Shown here one piece after another: positions 1 through 10,237 of a DNA stretch of 64,000 nucleotides (position 1 is its first letter; each line of letters starts with the position of its first letter). A model generated the notes under the pieces. It did no database searches and was not told the origin of the DNA. It saw nothing but the letters and a program-made list of their open reading frames with translations. A program made the translations under genes and the position numbers. Location: assembly GCA_965112155.1 (NCBI GenBank), contig OZ218102.1; one strand, 5' to 3'. The stretch comes from Podarcis liolepis. Taxonomy: Eukaryota.

Positions 1-667
1 AAATGGCCCTAACAGACAAACCACATGTTCTGTGCAAACAGATGTAACAGAACATTGAAGGGAGAAAAGGATTTTGGAGGCAATTCATCTGGAGTGGAGC
101 AGTGACAGAGCAAAGAGATGTTTAACTTTTAAAAAAACACAAAAAACACTTACTGGCATTTAAAAAGATGACTTAAATATATATTTTATGTTTCAACAAT
201 TAAGGAATATACACGTTCTCATTAAATTAAATACAGAACTCTCCCCCTGTCTGCTACTTCTCCACTCCAAAAATGACCAGAACCATCCTGCCAGACCCTC
301 TGTGGCACACTAAATGTTTGTTTACTCCTGTGTGGGGAAGAAGCATCCAGAAGAGCATTGGGATCGTAGAAGCAGTGAATAATTTAAAACTTAAGCATTC
401 CCTTCCTTGTCCTACTTCTCTGCTTCAAACGTATCCCTCTCAAGATGGCTTTCCTTGCCTTCTTTTTTTAAAAAAAGGCATCAGATCTCTGTTACATGTG
501 TCTGCGAGTACTGTGCACACAATGAATCCTAAGAGTTGACCTAAAACCAGCTTATAACCACCTGGTTCTACTGTAACTATGATTGATTTTTAAGATATAC
601 AATTTTAAAGTTATACCAGGCCTATGCGTTCACTTAAACCTTGTCTGTGTTGCAACACAGCTATTTG

Positions 668-805
668 CAGTGCTTGATTTTCTAGCAAAAGAGGTGCTGG
701 AACTCACCGTGAACACCTCCCTCGTTCTCTGAGAATGGCAACGGCACCTACCCGAGAGATGCCGGAACTGAGTTCCTGAGAGTTCTCGCTGGAAAAAAAG
801 CCCTG
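668..805. mobile_element. Short non-autonomous hAT-like MITE (copy 1; related to 45617-45755)
   Basis: Imperfect TIRs CAGTGCTTGATTTT...AAAAAAAGCCCTG. Flanks gctatttg/ctaatttg resemble a decayed 8-bp TSD. Colinear second copy at 45617-45755. Confidence 0.7.
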
Positions 806-1434
806 CTAATTTGTCTATCCAAAGTGAAGGTATTAAAATGTAGCTAGCCTACTAAACTACTTTCGAAGGAATTAAAACGATAGCAGGTCTGTTGTGAGAC
901 AATTTAGATTTGTCTGAAAAACAAGCAAATTATCCTGCTGTCACTGCAAATTACTCACCGCAGAGCAAATTTATCAGTGAGTTTAAAAATGAAACTAAAG
1001 ATCTAGAGCCTTTAAGTAACAAAGAGATTTATTACAGAGAGACAGTGATATATACACCCTAAGATTGTCTAGTATGCATGGTTGAGGGGTGGGGTGGGGA
1101 GTTATGCATCTGGCTTTTACAATTCTACATTATCAGTTAATTGACATTTTTTACTACTCAGCAGATGACTACCCATCCCATAAATTCAAATACTGAAATC
1201 CCTAAAAGCAATATGACAATATGAGCCTATTCCTCTTATACTGGTCCCCCGAGAACCAAAACAGATATGATGGGAGCAGGTTTGTTGTTTATACATGTGC
1301 CCAGTTCTCCTATAAAATGGGAGGCTGGGGTGCTTTATTTTTCTTTTGTAAGGGGTGCACGGCAGAAACTTCACCTTCCTTATATCCCCAAGCTCTGTCA
1401 AGGCAAACACTTTTCACCCACCTGAACTCTAATA

Positions 1435-1676
1435 CAGTGGTGCCTTGGGTTAAGTACTTAATTCGTTCCAGAGGTCCATTCTTAACCTGAAACTGTTCTT
1501 AACCTGAAGCACCACTTTAGCTAATGGGGCCTCCTGCTGCTGCCACGCTGCCGGAGCACGATTTCTGTTCTCATCCTGAAGCAAAGTTCTTAACCCGAGG
1601 CACTATTTCTGGGTTAGCGGAATTTGTAACCTGAAGCGTATGTAAACTGAAGTGTATGTAACCCGAGGTACCACTG
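1435..1676 (+). mobile_element. Tc1/mariner (Tigger-like) MITE, family A copy 1
   Basis: TIRs CAGTGGTGCCTTGGGTTA...TAACCCGAGGTACCACTG, with TA on the left and CA on the right. Colinear with copies at 3367, 54917 and 60265. Confidence 0.9.
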
Positions 1677-1929
1677 CAGTAGAAATGAATTGAGCTGAGG
1701 AATAAAGTGTCCTTTGGAAACAACCTAAGATTCTGACTGGCTGCGTTTCCAGGTTTTCACATCAGAGGAAACCATTTTGCATAATATGAACTATCACTAA
1801 AAGGATAGCAAATCATCTCCATGGATGGCCCAATTCAAAGTCTTTGTGATGAATGGGACCCAGATACTTATCCGAATAACCTCTATCTCTCTATAGACTT
1901 GTCTGGGTCCTAAGATCCACAAGGAAGGC

Positions 1930-2292
1930 CCACTTGCTTTCTTGCCATTTGGTTTGACACACTCTGCTGTGCATTAGATAGGATCTTTTCAGCAGTGGCT
2001 CCCCAGCTATGAAGTTCACCCCTCTGACCGGGTGAGTAGCTACCACATTACGAAGCTCCTGTTCTCGCAGGCTTTTGGAGAGACTTAAAAGTCATTCTGT
2101 TTTTAACCGTGACTAAAATCTGAAATCTGTTTGATCTGCTTCATCTGTAATGGCTTCATATCAGATTACAGGTTTTTCTTTAGAATTACATGGCTCGAAT
2201 AAGTTGTGTAATACTTTTAGATGTTATGTTGGAAAACCACCCTCGGTTATTTTTTCAAAGTGTGGCCTATGAACATGGTTAATAAAATAAAT
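1930..2292 (+). mobile_element. Degraded L2-type LINE 3' remnant
   Basis: TCTTTTCAGCAGTGGCTCCCCAGCTATGAA and an AT-rich 3' end ending AATAAAATAAA resemble the L2 3' ends elsewhere in the window. Boundaries approximate. Confidence 0.45.
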
Positions 2293-3366
2293 ATCTACAC
2301 TTATGGACTTAAACAGGACAGGTAATTTGATTTCTTGGGTTCTTAAATATTTAATCCCTAAACCGGGTAAACATTTTTTTAAAAAATTACATCGGGGCAT
2401 TATACTTCAGAAAAACAGAACAAAAGACATTTGGTTTTTCTGTGCTGCACGAAAAGATTCCACCCAAAACAGTTTGCAAACATGAAGCAGACAATCATCA
2501 GCAGAAGATGGAAACCATATAAGGACCTGGAGAGAAAAAACTGAATAAGCTCTGCAGCACAACAGTCCCTCGCTCTTTGAGATGGAAATGTTGAAAAGAC
2601 AAACACTAAGGCAGCACGAAGTGTCCTGTATCAAAACTGAAATCAGAACTCAAGAATCCTCCCCTGAAACAGCTTGTACACAGGCCAACTCAATTAAATA
2701 CCAAATAAAATTAAGTGCCAATTTTCTGGAGGCAGACTATGATGATGATGGCTCCAAGATTTCATTCACTGCTCACTGCAAACAGGACTAGATAAGCCAT
2801 TATGCTAAATAATAGGACCACAGTGTAAGAGGGGCCACAGCTAAGGGGTAATTTTGTATTTTTAAAAAATCCCCATTTAGAAAATGTTTCCATTTGCTTT
2901 CTGGCCACGTGCCCAGAAAATCTATCCTATTAGTGAAGACTAGACAAGGTGAGGAGCTAAGGACTGTCTGGAGTGCAGAAAGAAGGGCTGGGTGGTAGGG
3001 CTGCCCCATTGTTACTGACCTTGTTCCTGTGCTTTTAACAATGAACTAATGTACATAACGTTTGTGAATGAAGCTTTTCACCAAACCTAAATGTCCACAC
3101 CAGGGAAAAGCATCACCTGTGAGATTTGTACATGTCAAGTTGCTGCTAAAGGCACAGGAGTAATGGTGACAATCCTGTGGAATAGATGGGAGTTCAGCCG
3201 CAAGGCTCTGTGCCTGCACCAAAGCATAACGCATATATATTGTATGTCAAAGTCAGCCTGGCAGAATGAAACAAACGGGTTATGTATCAGATACCAATGG
3301 GACAATCGGAGGATTGCCCCACAACACCTTAAATGCAAAAGTGCAAAAGTGGCAACAAGGACACTA

Positions 3367-3591
3367 CAGTGGTACCTCTGGTTCCAGAGGCCCGTTCTTA
3401 ACCTGAAACTGTTCTTAACTTGAGGTACCACTTTAGCTAATGGGGCCTCCCACCACTGCCGTGCCACTACGTGCGATTTCTATTCTCATCCTGAAGCAAA
3501 GTTCTTAACCCAAGGTATTATTTCTGGGTTAGCGGAGTCTGTAACCTGAAGCGTATGTAACCTGAAGCGTATGTAACCCAAGGTACCACTG
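3367..3591 (+). mobile_element. Tc1/mariner (Tigger-like) MITE, family A copy 2
   Basis: TA-CAGTGGTACCTC...AAGGTACCACTG-TA. Small deletion near the left end relative to the other copies. Confidence 0.92.
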
Positions 3592-3758
3592 TACTTTAAA
3601 GGCTGCCTTTTCCAAATTAAGTTGCACTTTGGGCTCACTTGTGTGATCTGTAATCTTAAATCTGGGCAGCCTTCTTACTCAGAATCATCACAGATGTTGC
3701 TGGGTGGGTTTTTTTATTATTATTATTAATTTTAGCCAGAATAATTGTCAGTTACTCC

Positions 3759-3894
3759 CATGGGCGTAGGCAGGAGGGGGGCAGGGGGCAGCTGCACCCC
3801 CATCAAGTAAATAAATCAATAAACTTAACTGACCAATTGCATCACAGATAGCTCACTTCTGCCCTCCCCAACACAAACCCTGGCTATTCCCATG
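3759..3894. mobile_element. hAT-type MITE
   Basis: Perfect 8-bp TSD GTTACTCC (3751-3758 and 3895-3902). Imperfect TIRs CATGGGCGTAGG / GGCTATTCCCATG. Confidence 0.85.
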
Positions 3895-5030
3895 GTTACT
3901 CCGTTCAGAATTTTCCACTGTGCTCTACAGTAATCCAGTGCTGGAGTCCAAGCACAGTGATTTCCCTACATCAACCAGGTGAAATAAAATTTAGAAAGAG
4001 TCCTCTGTGTGGCTAGTGACTTGGATCTGTTGATTTTAAAATTGACTGCTTTTCAAACCAACAGATCCCAAGAACCCTGCAATTAGCTCCAAGTGCCTAG
4101 GGGGCTTTCTCAAACAGCAGCCACTGGCCCAGTGCCACATGGCAAATTGTTTTTCAAAGTGTAGGGACTGCCGGGCATGTCCGGTCCCTTAGAGAAATGC
4201 CTGGAGAAGTTTGCTTAAAACCAGGCAGCAATTAAAGATTTGGCTGGTTTATCGCGCTGATTAATCGGTTAACTCTTGCAGGCGGCACTTGGTAGGAAGA
4301 TTTTTCATTGCTTAACACAACCATTACTGCAGCTGTGCAGTGCTTAATATAGATCGTAAATAACAGTGCCATAATGCTATATCAGACAGGCTCTCCATAT
4401 GCCCCAAAACTTGGAAATGCTCTGCTAGGAACATGGTGTATTTGTAAAAGACCTAATTAAACCATGTGTATACTCTTAGGTATGCATTTAGGCATTTGTC
4501 TCGTTCATCCTTCATAAAGATGACTACAATGAAAAGGTGCCATTTGCATAGAATACCCAAATGTTGTTGCCGCAAGAGATTAATGATGGGATCTTAAGAT
4601 TAGACTTTTTGATTGATCTGTCTTTTCTTCTTCGTCGTCGTCTAAAGCTTGTGCAAGTTTTGAATGCAGACAGTTTTTACTTCTGCTTGATCAAAATAAA
4701 AAATAAAAACCAAATTGAAGGGCAGGTTCTCCTGGGCCTGATATGACAACCCACATGATATTCCCCAATCATCCCAACTGGCTGATTTTTTTCACTAAAA
4801 TTCGATGCCTGAATAGTTAGTTTTAAAAGTAGAATGCACACCAGTGGTCCTTACACCTCCACTTATGCTGAAATCTGGGTCTGGCTGGGACCCGAGTGGC
4901 AATGATCAAATCCATACCTAGATCCTTGAGGTCAGTTCCTGGGTCTGGACCTGGACAGTGCCAGGGGCTTGAAATGAAACAGGCAAAATGAAAAGACCTC
5001 TTTTCCAGGCGAGGGGTGACTCCTGGTAGT

Positions 5031-5188
5031 AGAATCACGGAATCACAGAATTGTAGATTTGGAAGGGTGATCTAGTCCAACACTCTGCTGTGCAGGAATC
5101 TCAAACTAAAGTATTCATGATGCTTTATTCAACCTCTGCTTAAAAACCTCCAAGGAAGGAGAGTCCACCTCCACTGTCGAACAGCTCT
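5031..5188 (-). mobile_element. CR1 LINE 3' end fragment
   Basis: Reverse-strand CR1 tail (AGAATCAC repeats), TTGGAAGGG...TCTAGTCCAAC and AAAAACCTCCAAGGAAGGAGAGTCCACC. Matches the + strand copy at 13215. Confidence 0.8.
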
Positions 5189-6140
5189 AAGTGGTCAGAT
5201 GACTAACCTAAATCCATAGATCTACTCTGAACCCTTGTCAGTTAAGTAATAGCAGGCCTGGTCAATGTAGAAAATTCATGCTGTCTGCCAGTCACCAAGA
5301 TTGATACTGCACCAGGCGGAACATTCCTGGCTAACATTATTCAGGCCTGCTTATTCTTTGCGGGCTGCCACATTGTCTGAACTTATGGCTGTCACACGAG
5401 AGGCCGACCACATGAAATGTCCTTCCTCTGGCATTGTTCCTGCCCTGGAACTTGATTCTCTCTCCTTTATTCCATTTATCATCTTTCCGCTCTTTGAAGT
5501 TTCCACCGCATCAATTTACGTCGCTGTAGAGGCAAGTTGCTTTTTAGGTCAAGTTTTAAAATAAAATAAAAATAAAAATTGCACTGTAAAATAGCCTGCC
5601 TCTTCAGCATGCAATGACACTCAGAAGAAAACACTTTCCAGTGCTTTCAACCTCCCCCCACCCCCACTGCTCCATCTGAAAGTGCTCCAGGGGCAATCAG
5701 TGATGGTGGGGCTGGAATTTAAAAATCGCCCATCTCCATTTTGATCCATATGCACATATAGATTTGAAACTTTGGCAGAATCGTCCTGGGATTAAAATAA
5801 GAGGCAGATGTGTTTTGGGGAAAGACAGGCAAGTTAAAGGTCTTATGATTTATCCCAACTAATGGATCAGCCTGCCAATGTCAAGCTACCGTATTTGAAC
5901 ACATGAATGTTAAATTCCACTATTCAGCCAGGACTGGTAAGGAGTACGTTCAGCTGAAGCATTTACTTTGCCTCTAAATTTGGTCCTGAAGCTGACATGG
6001 CTTCAGAATTGCTCCCTTTCTTTTCTGTCTTTTGCAAAGCTCCCAGTTTTTTCATACATCAAACTCAACTCAACTTAGGTATTACTCATAACTGGTGGAA
6101 TTTGGAATTCCAGATAGGAAGACCAATGGCAATAAATGTA

Positions 6141-6903
6141 CCGTATTTTTCGCTCTATAACACGCACCTGACCATAACACGCACGTAGTTTTTAGAGGAG
6201 GAAAACAAGAAAAAAAATATTCTAAACGAAACAGTGGGTGTATGATTTTTTGTGGTTCATGCTGTGGCCACAGACATGTGATCTGACGGTGAGTTTGGGG
6301 TAGCCCAATGCAAAAATCCTGAGGATCCATGTGAATCGTGCTTTGTAACCACATTTTAAGTGGGGAGAGAAGGAAAAGCACTCAAGGGACAAGGAACACG
6401 CGTGGGGTGGGTGGAGAAGGATGCTGCTAATAATGCAGAAGAGGGATTCAAGGGGAGAAGGAGCACGCGTGGGGTGTGTGGAGAAGGATGCTGCTAATAA
6501 TGCAGAAGAGGGGTATAAGGGGAGAAGGCTCCTCTCCTCTCCCGCTTTGCTCCTTTAAAACAAGCAGGCTCTGCTTCTCTCCCTCCTCCCCGGCTTAGAG
6601 AGCTGAAAAGATTTGCTGCTATTTAGCGAGCTGAGTGGGGAGGAGAGAGGGACAGAGAGCACGGTTTAAAGCAGCCAACCAGACAGGAGTCGCTTACACC
6701 TGTGTAAGCAGCTCCTCTCCCGCTTTGCTGTTTCAAAGCGAGCCACGGAGGAGGGAAGGAAGGGGAACCATGGATCCTCTGCTCATGACTGCAGCAGATC
6801 CCACCCCCCCGCCACCCGTAGGCATTCACTCCATAACACGCACAAACATTTCCCCTTACTTTCTAGGAGGAAAAAAGTGAGTGTTATGGTGCAAAAAATA
6901 CGG
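6141..6903 (+). mobile_element. Non-autonomous Tc1/mariner element (Tc2-like CCGTA termini)
   Basis: TA-CCGTATTTTTCGC...GCAAAAAATACGG-TA. About 80 bp at each end is homologous to 45771-46029. Confidence 0.88.
6391..6528 (+). repeat. 67-bp tandem duplication inside the Tc2-like element
   Basis: AAGGA(A/G)CACGCGTGGGGTG.GTGGAGAAGGATGCTGCTAATAATGCAGAAGAGGG begins at both 6391 and 6458. Confidence 0.9.
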
Positions 6904-7499
6904 TATTTAATTATATCAAGCTAACTAGCTTAGATTTATGCCTGCTGCTTAGCTGCTAAAAATAAAAGCCAAAAATCCCTTTCTTTTGTAACTATATTGT
7001 CTAACCAATCAATTATACCCTCCTAGACTTAGTGGTAACGATTCAGATGCTCACAAGAACTCTCTGCTTGTTTTAGTTATCACACCATTCCAGCCGACGA
7101 ATCTCTGAACATTAACAACATGAAGACAAACAGAGGATACAGTCTCTATCTATTTGCAAGGTTTTTCAAGCTCTACACTGACCCTAGAAGGGCTGCCCCA
7201 TTAGTGATCATTCATATATATACTTTATTTCTTGAAAAAGCCGCCAGGATTAGCTAGAAGGAGGACAGATAGATAATTGGCCACCGTTGCCCCCTGCCAT
7301 ACAAAGGCACCTTTTCTCACACAAAAAACCCTAATCCCTTTGGAATAAAACAACCAAGAGGTACAGAAAATGCATTATTTTGTCTCTACTCCATGCATCA
7401 AAGTGCCACATATCAAAGGCACACACATACACCTGGGAACATATAGTGACTGAGGAAGTATCTAGCTTTTTAATTGTATGCACAAATATTAGCCCCACG

Positions 7500-7817
7500 A
7501 ATGCCCACGATGGGGTAAGCTCCTGTTGTTCGGTCCCAGCTCCTGCCAACCTAGCAGTTCAAAAGCACATCAAAGTGCAAGTAGATAAATAGGTACCGCT
7601 CCAGCGGGAAGGTGAACAGAGTTTCCGTGTGCTGCTCTGGTTTCGGTGTTCCATTGCGACAGAAGCGGCTTAGTCATGCTGGCTACATGACCCGGAAAAG
7701 CTGTCTGCGGAGCGGACAAATGCCGGCTCCCTCGGCCTGTAAAGCGAGATGAGCGCCGCAACCCCAGAGTTGTTCGCGACTGGACTTAACTGTCAGGGAT
7801 CCTTTACCTTTACCTTT
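7500..7817 (+). mobile_element. Sauria SINE, 5'-truncated
   Basis: Core CCTGCCAACCTAGCAGTTC...AAGTGCAAGTAGATAAATAGGTACCGCT and (ACCTTT)n tail. Colinear with 44678-45030. Confidence 0.92.
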
Positions 7818-8889
7818 GTAAGCCTCAAATGTGGTAATCATAGCACTGCCCCATCTTACAGGATTGTTTTAAGGATGGAGTATTGTATCCCTTATGGAAC
7901 AGCCTATCGGGGAGATCTGCATGCCTAAATCTTAGTTTGACTTCTAAGGGGCAGCTGAAGTTTATCTGTTTCTGCAGGTCTTTGGCTCTTGCTATGTACA
8001 TTTTTGATCCACTGACACTATTTATTTTGCATGATTCTGTTAAACGTGATTATGATTTTAATAGGTTCTGTGTTGAATAATGTTGTTGGTTGGAATTTGT
8101 TAACCACTTTCAGTGGGGGGGGGGGTATTTTTCTGTAGAAAAGTGAGGCACAAATATATTCAGGCTAACTAACAATCTTGAGAATAGAAAACCAGGTATT
8201 ATTCTTGTTTTGTAATCCAGCTACTCCTTACAGAAATGTTGAAAAGTATTTAGCAGGCAGAAAGCATGCAATACAGAGTTCAGCAGATTAAACAGATGGA
8301 AAGGAGCACAGCAGATTTTCAGCTGGGTCATAAAAGGGATTTTAGCAGGTTGTATGTAGCTTGACTTTCCCCTCCTCTGCTTGACATGCTCAACTCTGCT
8401 CCCCCCATTTACAGAACTATGAAAATCTATGGGAGTCTTGTTTTTCTTCTGCCTTATGAACAGCTAGATATGACCAGAGAGATGCATAAACAAGGCTGAC
8501 CACACTGCGTGGGGTGGGAACCTTTAACCCTTTTCTCTCAACCCCAATCACCCAATTTAAATCACCCAAAGCTTCTGACTTGTGTAACAATTACATCTTA
8601 TTTAACTTAATCTCTGGAACAAATACCTTAAGACTATATCAAGTCTGTTCTCGCTGTGGTGGATTTGATCTAGTATGAATCATAATGGCATCCTGGATCC
8701 GGTAAAATGAGGGCATTTTACTTGTTCCCCTGGGAGGAAAAGTTGCAGCAATGGAGGTGACATGACAGAAAGTTTATAAAATTTAAGCATGGATCAAATA
8801 AAGTGAATAGATAAAAGTGCTTTCCCCCTCCTTCCTCCATTTAATCTTCATAAGGATCCTGTTGGGTAAAAGCTTTGAAATACAGAACG

Positions 8890-8995
8890 CCCCAAGGTCA
8901 CCCAGTGGGCACTAAGCTTCACGACTGAGTGGGGATTCAAACCTGGGCCTCTCCAATCCTTGCCCAACACTCTTAACCACTACCCCAAACCAGTT
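8890..8995 (-). mobile_element. Old Ther1/MIR- or Squam3-like SINE 5' fragment
   Basis: CCCAAGGTCACCCAG...GGGATTCAAACCTGGGCCTCTCC...ACTCTTAACCACTAC is the reverse of a tRNA-like head with A/B boxes. Confidence 0.65.
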
Positions 8996-9137
8996 CACAA
9001 CATGCTTTCCCAAGTAGTTCAGATGCTGTGTGGTCCAGTGATGGCACTGCAGCATTGGCCTTTCACCATACGAGTCTTGGGCATGGAGCATTAAGCATCC
9101 TTAGAGTCACAATACCTAGACAAGCTGCCATCTCTCA

Positions 9138-9307
9138 GGCCTTATCCACATTTCTGCTTGTTCCGTGACTAAAAAGTGCAAGTCCAAGCGGTTTCCCCCA
9201 GCAAACTGTGGAAAACCTGAATTGCTGTTTGCTCCGATTGAGCGCTAAAGAGTGGCTGCCCCTGTGGGAAAGCAGTGGGGGGGGGAGAGGAAGTGTAGAT
9301 AGGTCCT
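9138..9307. mobile_element. Degraded MITE with inverted ends (possibly PIF/Harbinger-like)
   Basis: Imperfect inverted termini GGCCTTATCCACATTT...AAGTGTAGATAGGTCC. Confidence 0.45.
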
Positions 9308-9437
9308 CCGTTTCAGCTCCCCAAATATCAAATGAAACTTAACACGACCTAATTCACAGGGACGCTGTGAGGATAAAGGAGGTGAGCATCTAAAATGCTT
9401 CTTGCATTAGCAATCCACGTTAAATAAGAAAAACGTA

Positions 9438-10237
9438 CAGTGGTGCCTCGCAAGACGAAATTAATTTGTTCCGCAAGTTTTTTCTTCTTGCGAGTTTTTC
9501 ATCTTGCGAAGCACGGTTTCCCATAGGAATGCATTGAAAATCAATCAATGCGTTCCTATGGAGACCGTCCGGGGACAGAGGGGAAGAAGAAGAAGAAGAA
9601 GAAGAGTTTGGATTTGATATCCCGCCTTTCACTCCCCTTCAGGAGTCTCAAAGCGGCTAACATTCTCCTTTCCCTTCCTCCCCCACAACAAACACTCTGT
9701 GAGGTGAGTGGGGCTGAGAGACTTCACAGAAGTGTGACTGGCCCAAGGTCACCCAGCAGCTGCATGTGGAGGAGCGGAGACGCGAACCCGGTTACCCAGA
9801 TTACGTGACTACCGCTCTTAACCACTACACCACACTGGCTCTCGCCACGCGCCTTCCCCTCTGTCCCCGGACCTGTTTAAAACAAGGGAAGGGGCAGCGG
9901 GGAGAATCGCTTCTCCCCGTTGCTGCCCCTTGGTTCAAAAGGGGTCCGGGGAGAGAGGGGAAGGCGCGCACCTTCCCCTCTGTCCCCGGAGATTGCGGGG
10001 CTGGCAACGGGGAGAAGCGATCTTCTCCCCGCCGCCCCTTGCTTCAAAAGAGGTCCGGGGACAGCGGGGAAGACGCGCTGCGCTTCCCCGCTATCCCCGG
10101 AGCTTGCGGGGCAAGCTTCGTTTTGCGAAGCAAGCCCATAGGGAAATGCGTCTTGCGAAGCGGCTAAGAAAATGAAAAACTACTTCGTCTAGCGAGTTTT
10201 TCGTCTTCCGAGGCGTTCGTCTTGCGGGGCACCACTG
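9438..10237. mobile_element. Non-autonomous Tc1/mariner (Tigger-like) element with a GC-rich hairpin array, interrupted by a SINE
   Basis: TA-CAGTGGTGCCTCGCAAGACGAA...TTCGTCTTGCGGGGCACCACTG-TA, with repeated subterminal (G)TCTTGCGA motifs. Confidence 0.92.
9583..9843 (-). mobile_element. Squam3-like tRNA-derived SINE, full length, nested in the mariner element
   Basis: Minus strand begins GAGAGCCAGTGTGGTGTAGTGGTTAAGAGCGG (A box), has the B box GGTTCGCGTCTCC and ends in (CTT)n. Nearly identical copy at 41548. Confidence 0.9.

Noticed and set aside
1626-1676. 16-bp repeats or the X/Y hairpin array as a CRISPR-like array
   Set aside because: No unique spacers, eukaryotic context, and the repeats are internal to TA-flanked transposons.
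5290-5530. Minus-strand terminal exon (acceptor TTGCCTCTACAG, then RRKLMRWKLQRAER-stop)
   Set aside because: Weak pyrimidine tract, unrecognised peptide and no supporting upstream exon. It could still be a conserved non-coding element.
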